Source of the DNA: Paramoeba atlantica | Lineage: Eukaryota > Protista > Discosea | Length of the DNA stretch: 64,000 nucleotides | Assembly (NCBI GenBank): GCA_977017575.1 | Contig: CDRNVI010000021.1 | Location: forward strand, 496,001 to 560,000 | Reading direction: 5' to 3' | Part shown: one piece after another, positions 63,528 through 64,000 of the stretch | Numbering within the stretch: the stretch's first letter is position 1 | How the letters are laid out: every line of letters begins with the position of its first letter | Program-made: the position numbers and the translations under genes | The notes under the pieces: generated by a model | What the model saw: only the letters and a program-made list of their open reading frames with translations | Database searches by the model: none | What the model was told of the DNA's origin: nothing

Positions 63528-64000
63528 TGGTTCTTATGGCAGTCTGTGACACTCATGGCAACCAGTGGCAGTCTGAACGGCCAAGTCATGTAGGGGGAAG
63601 AGTGGGGATGAAGCTCTTCACCAAGAGAACGAGATCTATCCAATGCTGCAAAAATGAGAAAAAAGTGTATAAAGAAATTCAAATTTCCGCAGGGTGGAGA
63701 TATCTTGAAACCACTGTATATGGTTAGTAGTGGACTGGAGCAGTCACCTCCCTTCATTATGGACATGTTTTCATCAACATGCTGATCTCTGTTCTTCGTG
63801 TATTCATTTTTTTGAGATGGACTTGATCGCCATCGAGAAGTAGTGTCCAATAGCTAGAAGAAGATGAAGGGTCTGTCGGCCTTTCCGGTGGCGAAAGTGA
63901 CGAAACAGATATCCAGGAAATCTATGTGGCTACCAGTGGTAGTGAAGCTGGAGAACCAGAGGACACTTCCGACTACTGAATTTTTTTTGATAATGTTTGA

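Overview
Eukaryotic nuclear DNA. About 35 intronless protein-coding genes all lie head-to-tail on the + strand with short AT-rich spacers, the layout of a kinetoplastid polycistronic transcription unit. Several genes resemble kinetoplastid mitochondrial proteins (a C11 clostripain-like peptidase resembling PNT1, an MRB1590-like ABC-ATPase-fold RNA-editing factor, a p22/MAM33 protein, a trypanosomatid-type COX VII). A compact, divergent kinetoplastid such as a Perkinsela-like prokinetoplastid is my inference, not a proven identity. Housekeeping genes include gamma-tubulin, SLU7, PEX5, NPL4, DHX37, TBCB, AP-4 sigma and beta, RPS9, RPLP0 and RPL10A. Two things stand out. (1) Cut-and-paste DNA transposons, including a triple nest at about 19.1-23.9 kb: a pogo/Tigger-like DDE_1 relic interrupted by a hAT-like element, itself interrupted by a Tc1-like element with 108-bp TIRs, a TA duplication and DD32E spacing. 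There is also an internally deleted Tc1 relative and several TA-flanked MITE-like elements. (2) Recurrent ~1-kb islands where the + strand flips from extremely C-rich to extremely G-rich, ignoring gene boundaries (centres near 12.3, 30.9, 49.0 and 54.4 kb), which resembles a replication-origin or strand-asymmetric mutation signature. All family assignments come from motif recognition by eye; no database searches were run.
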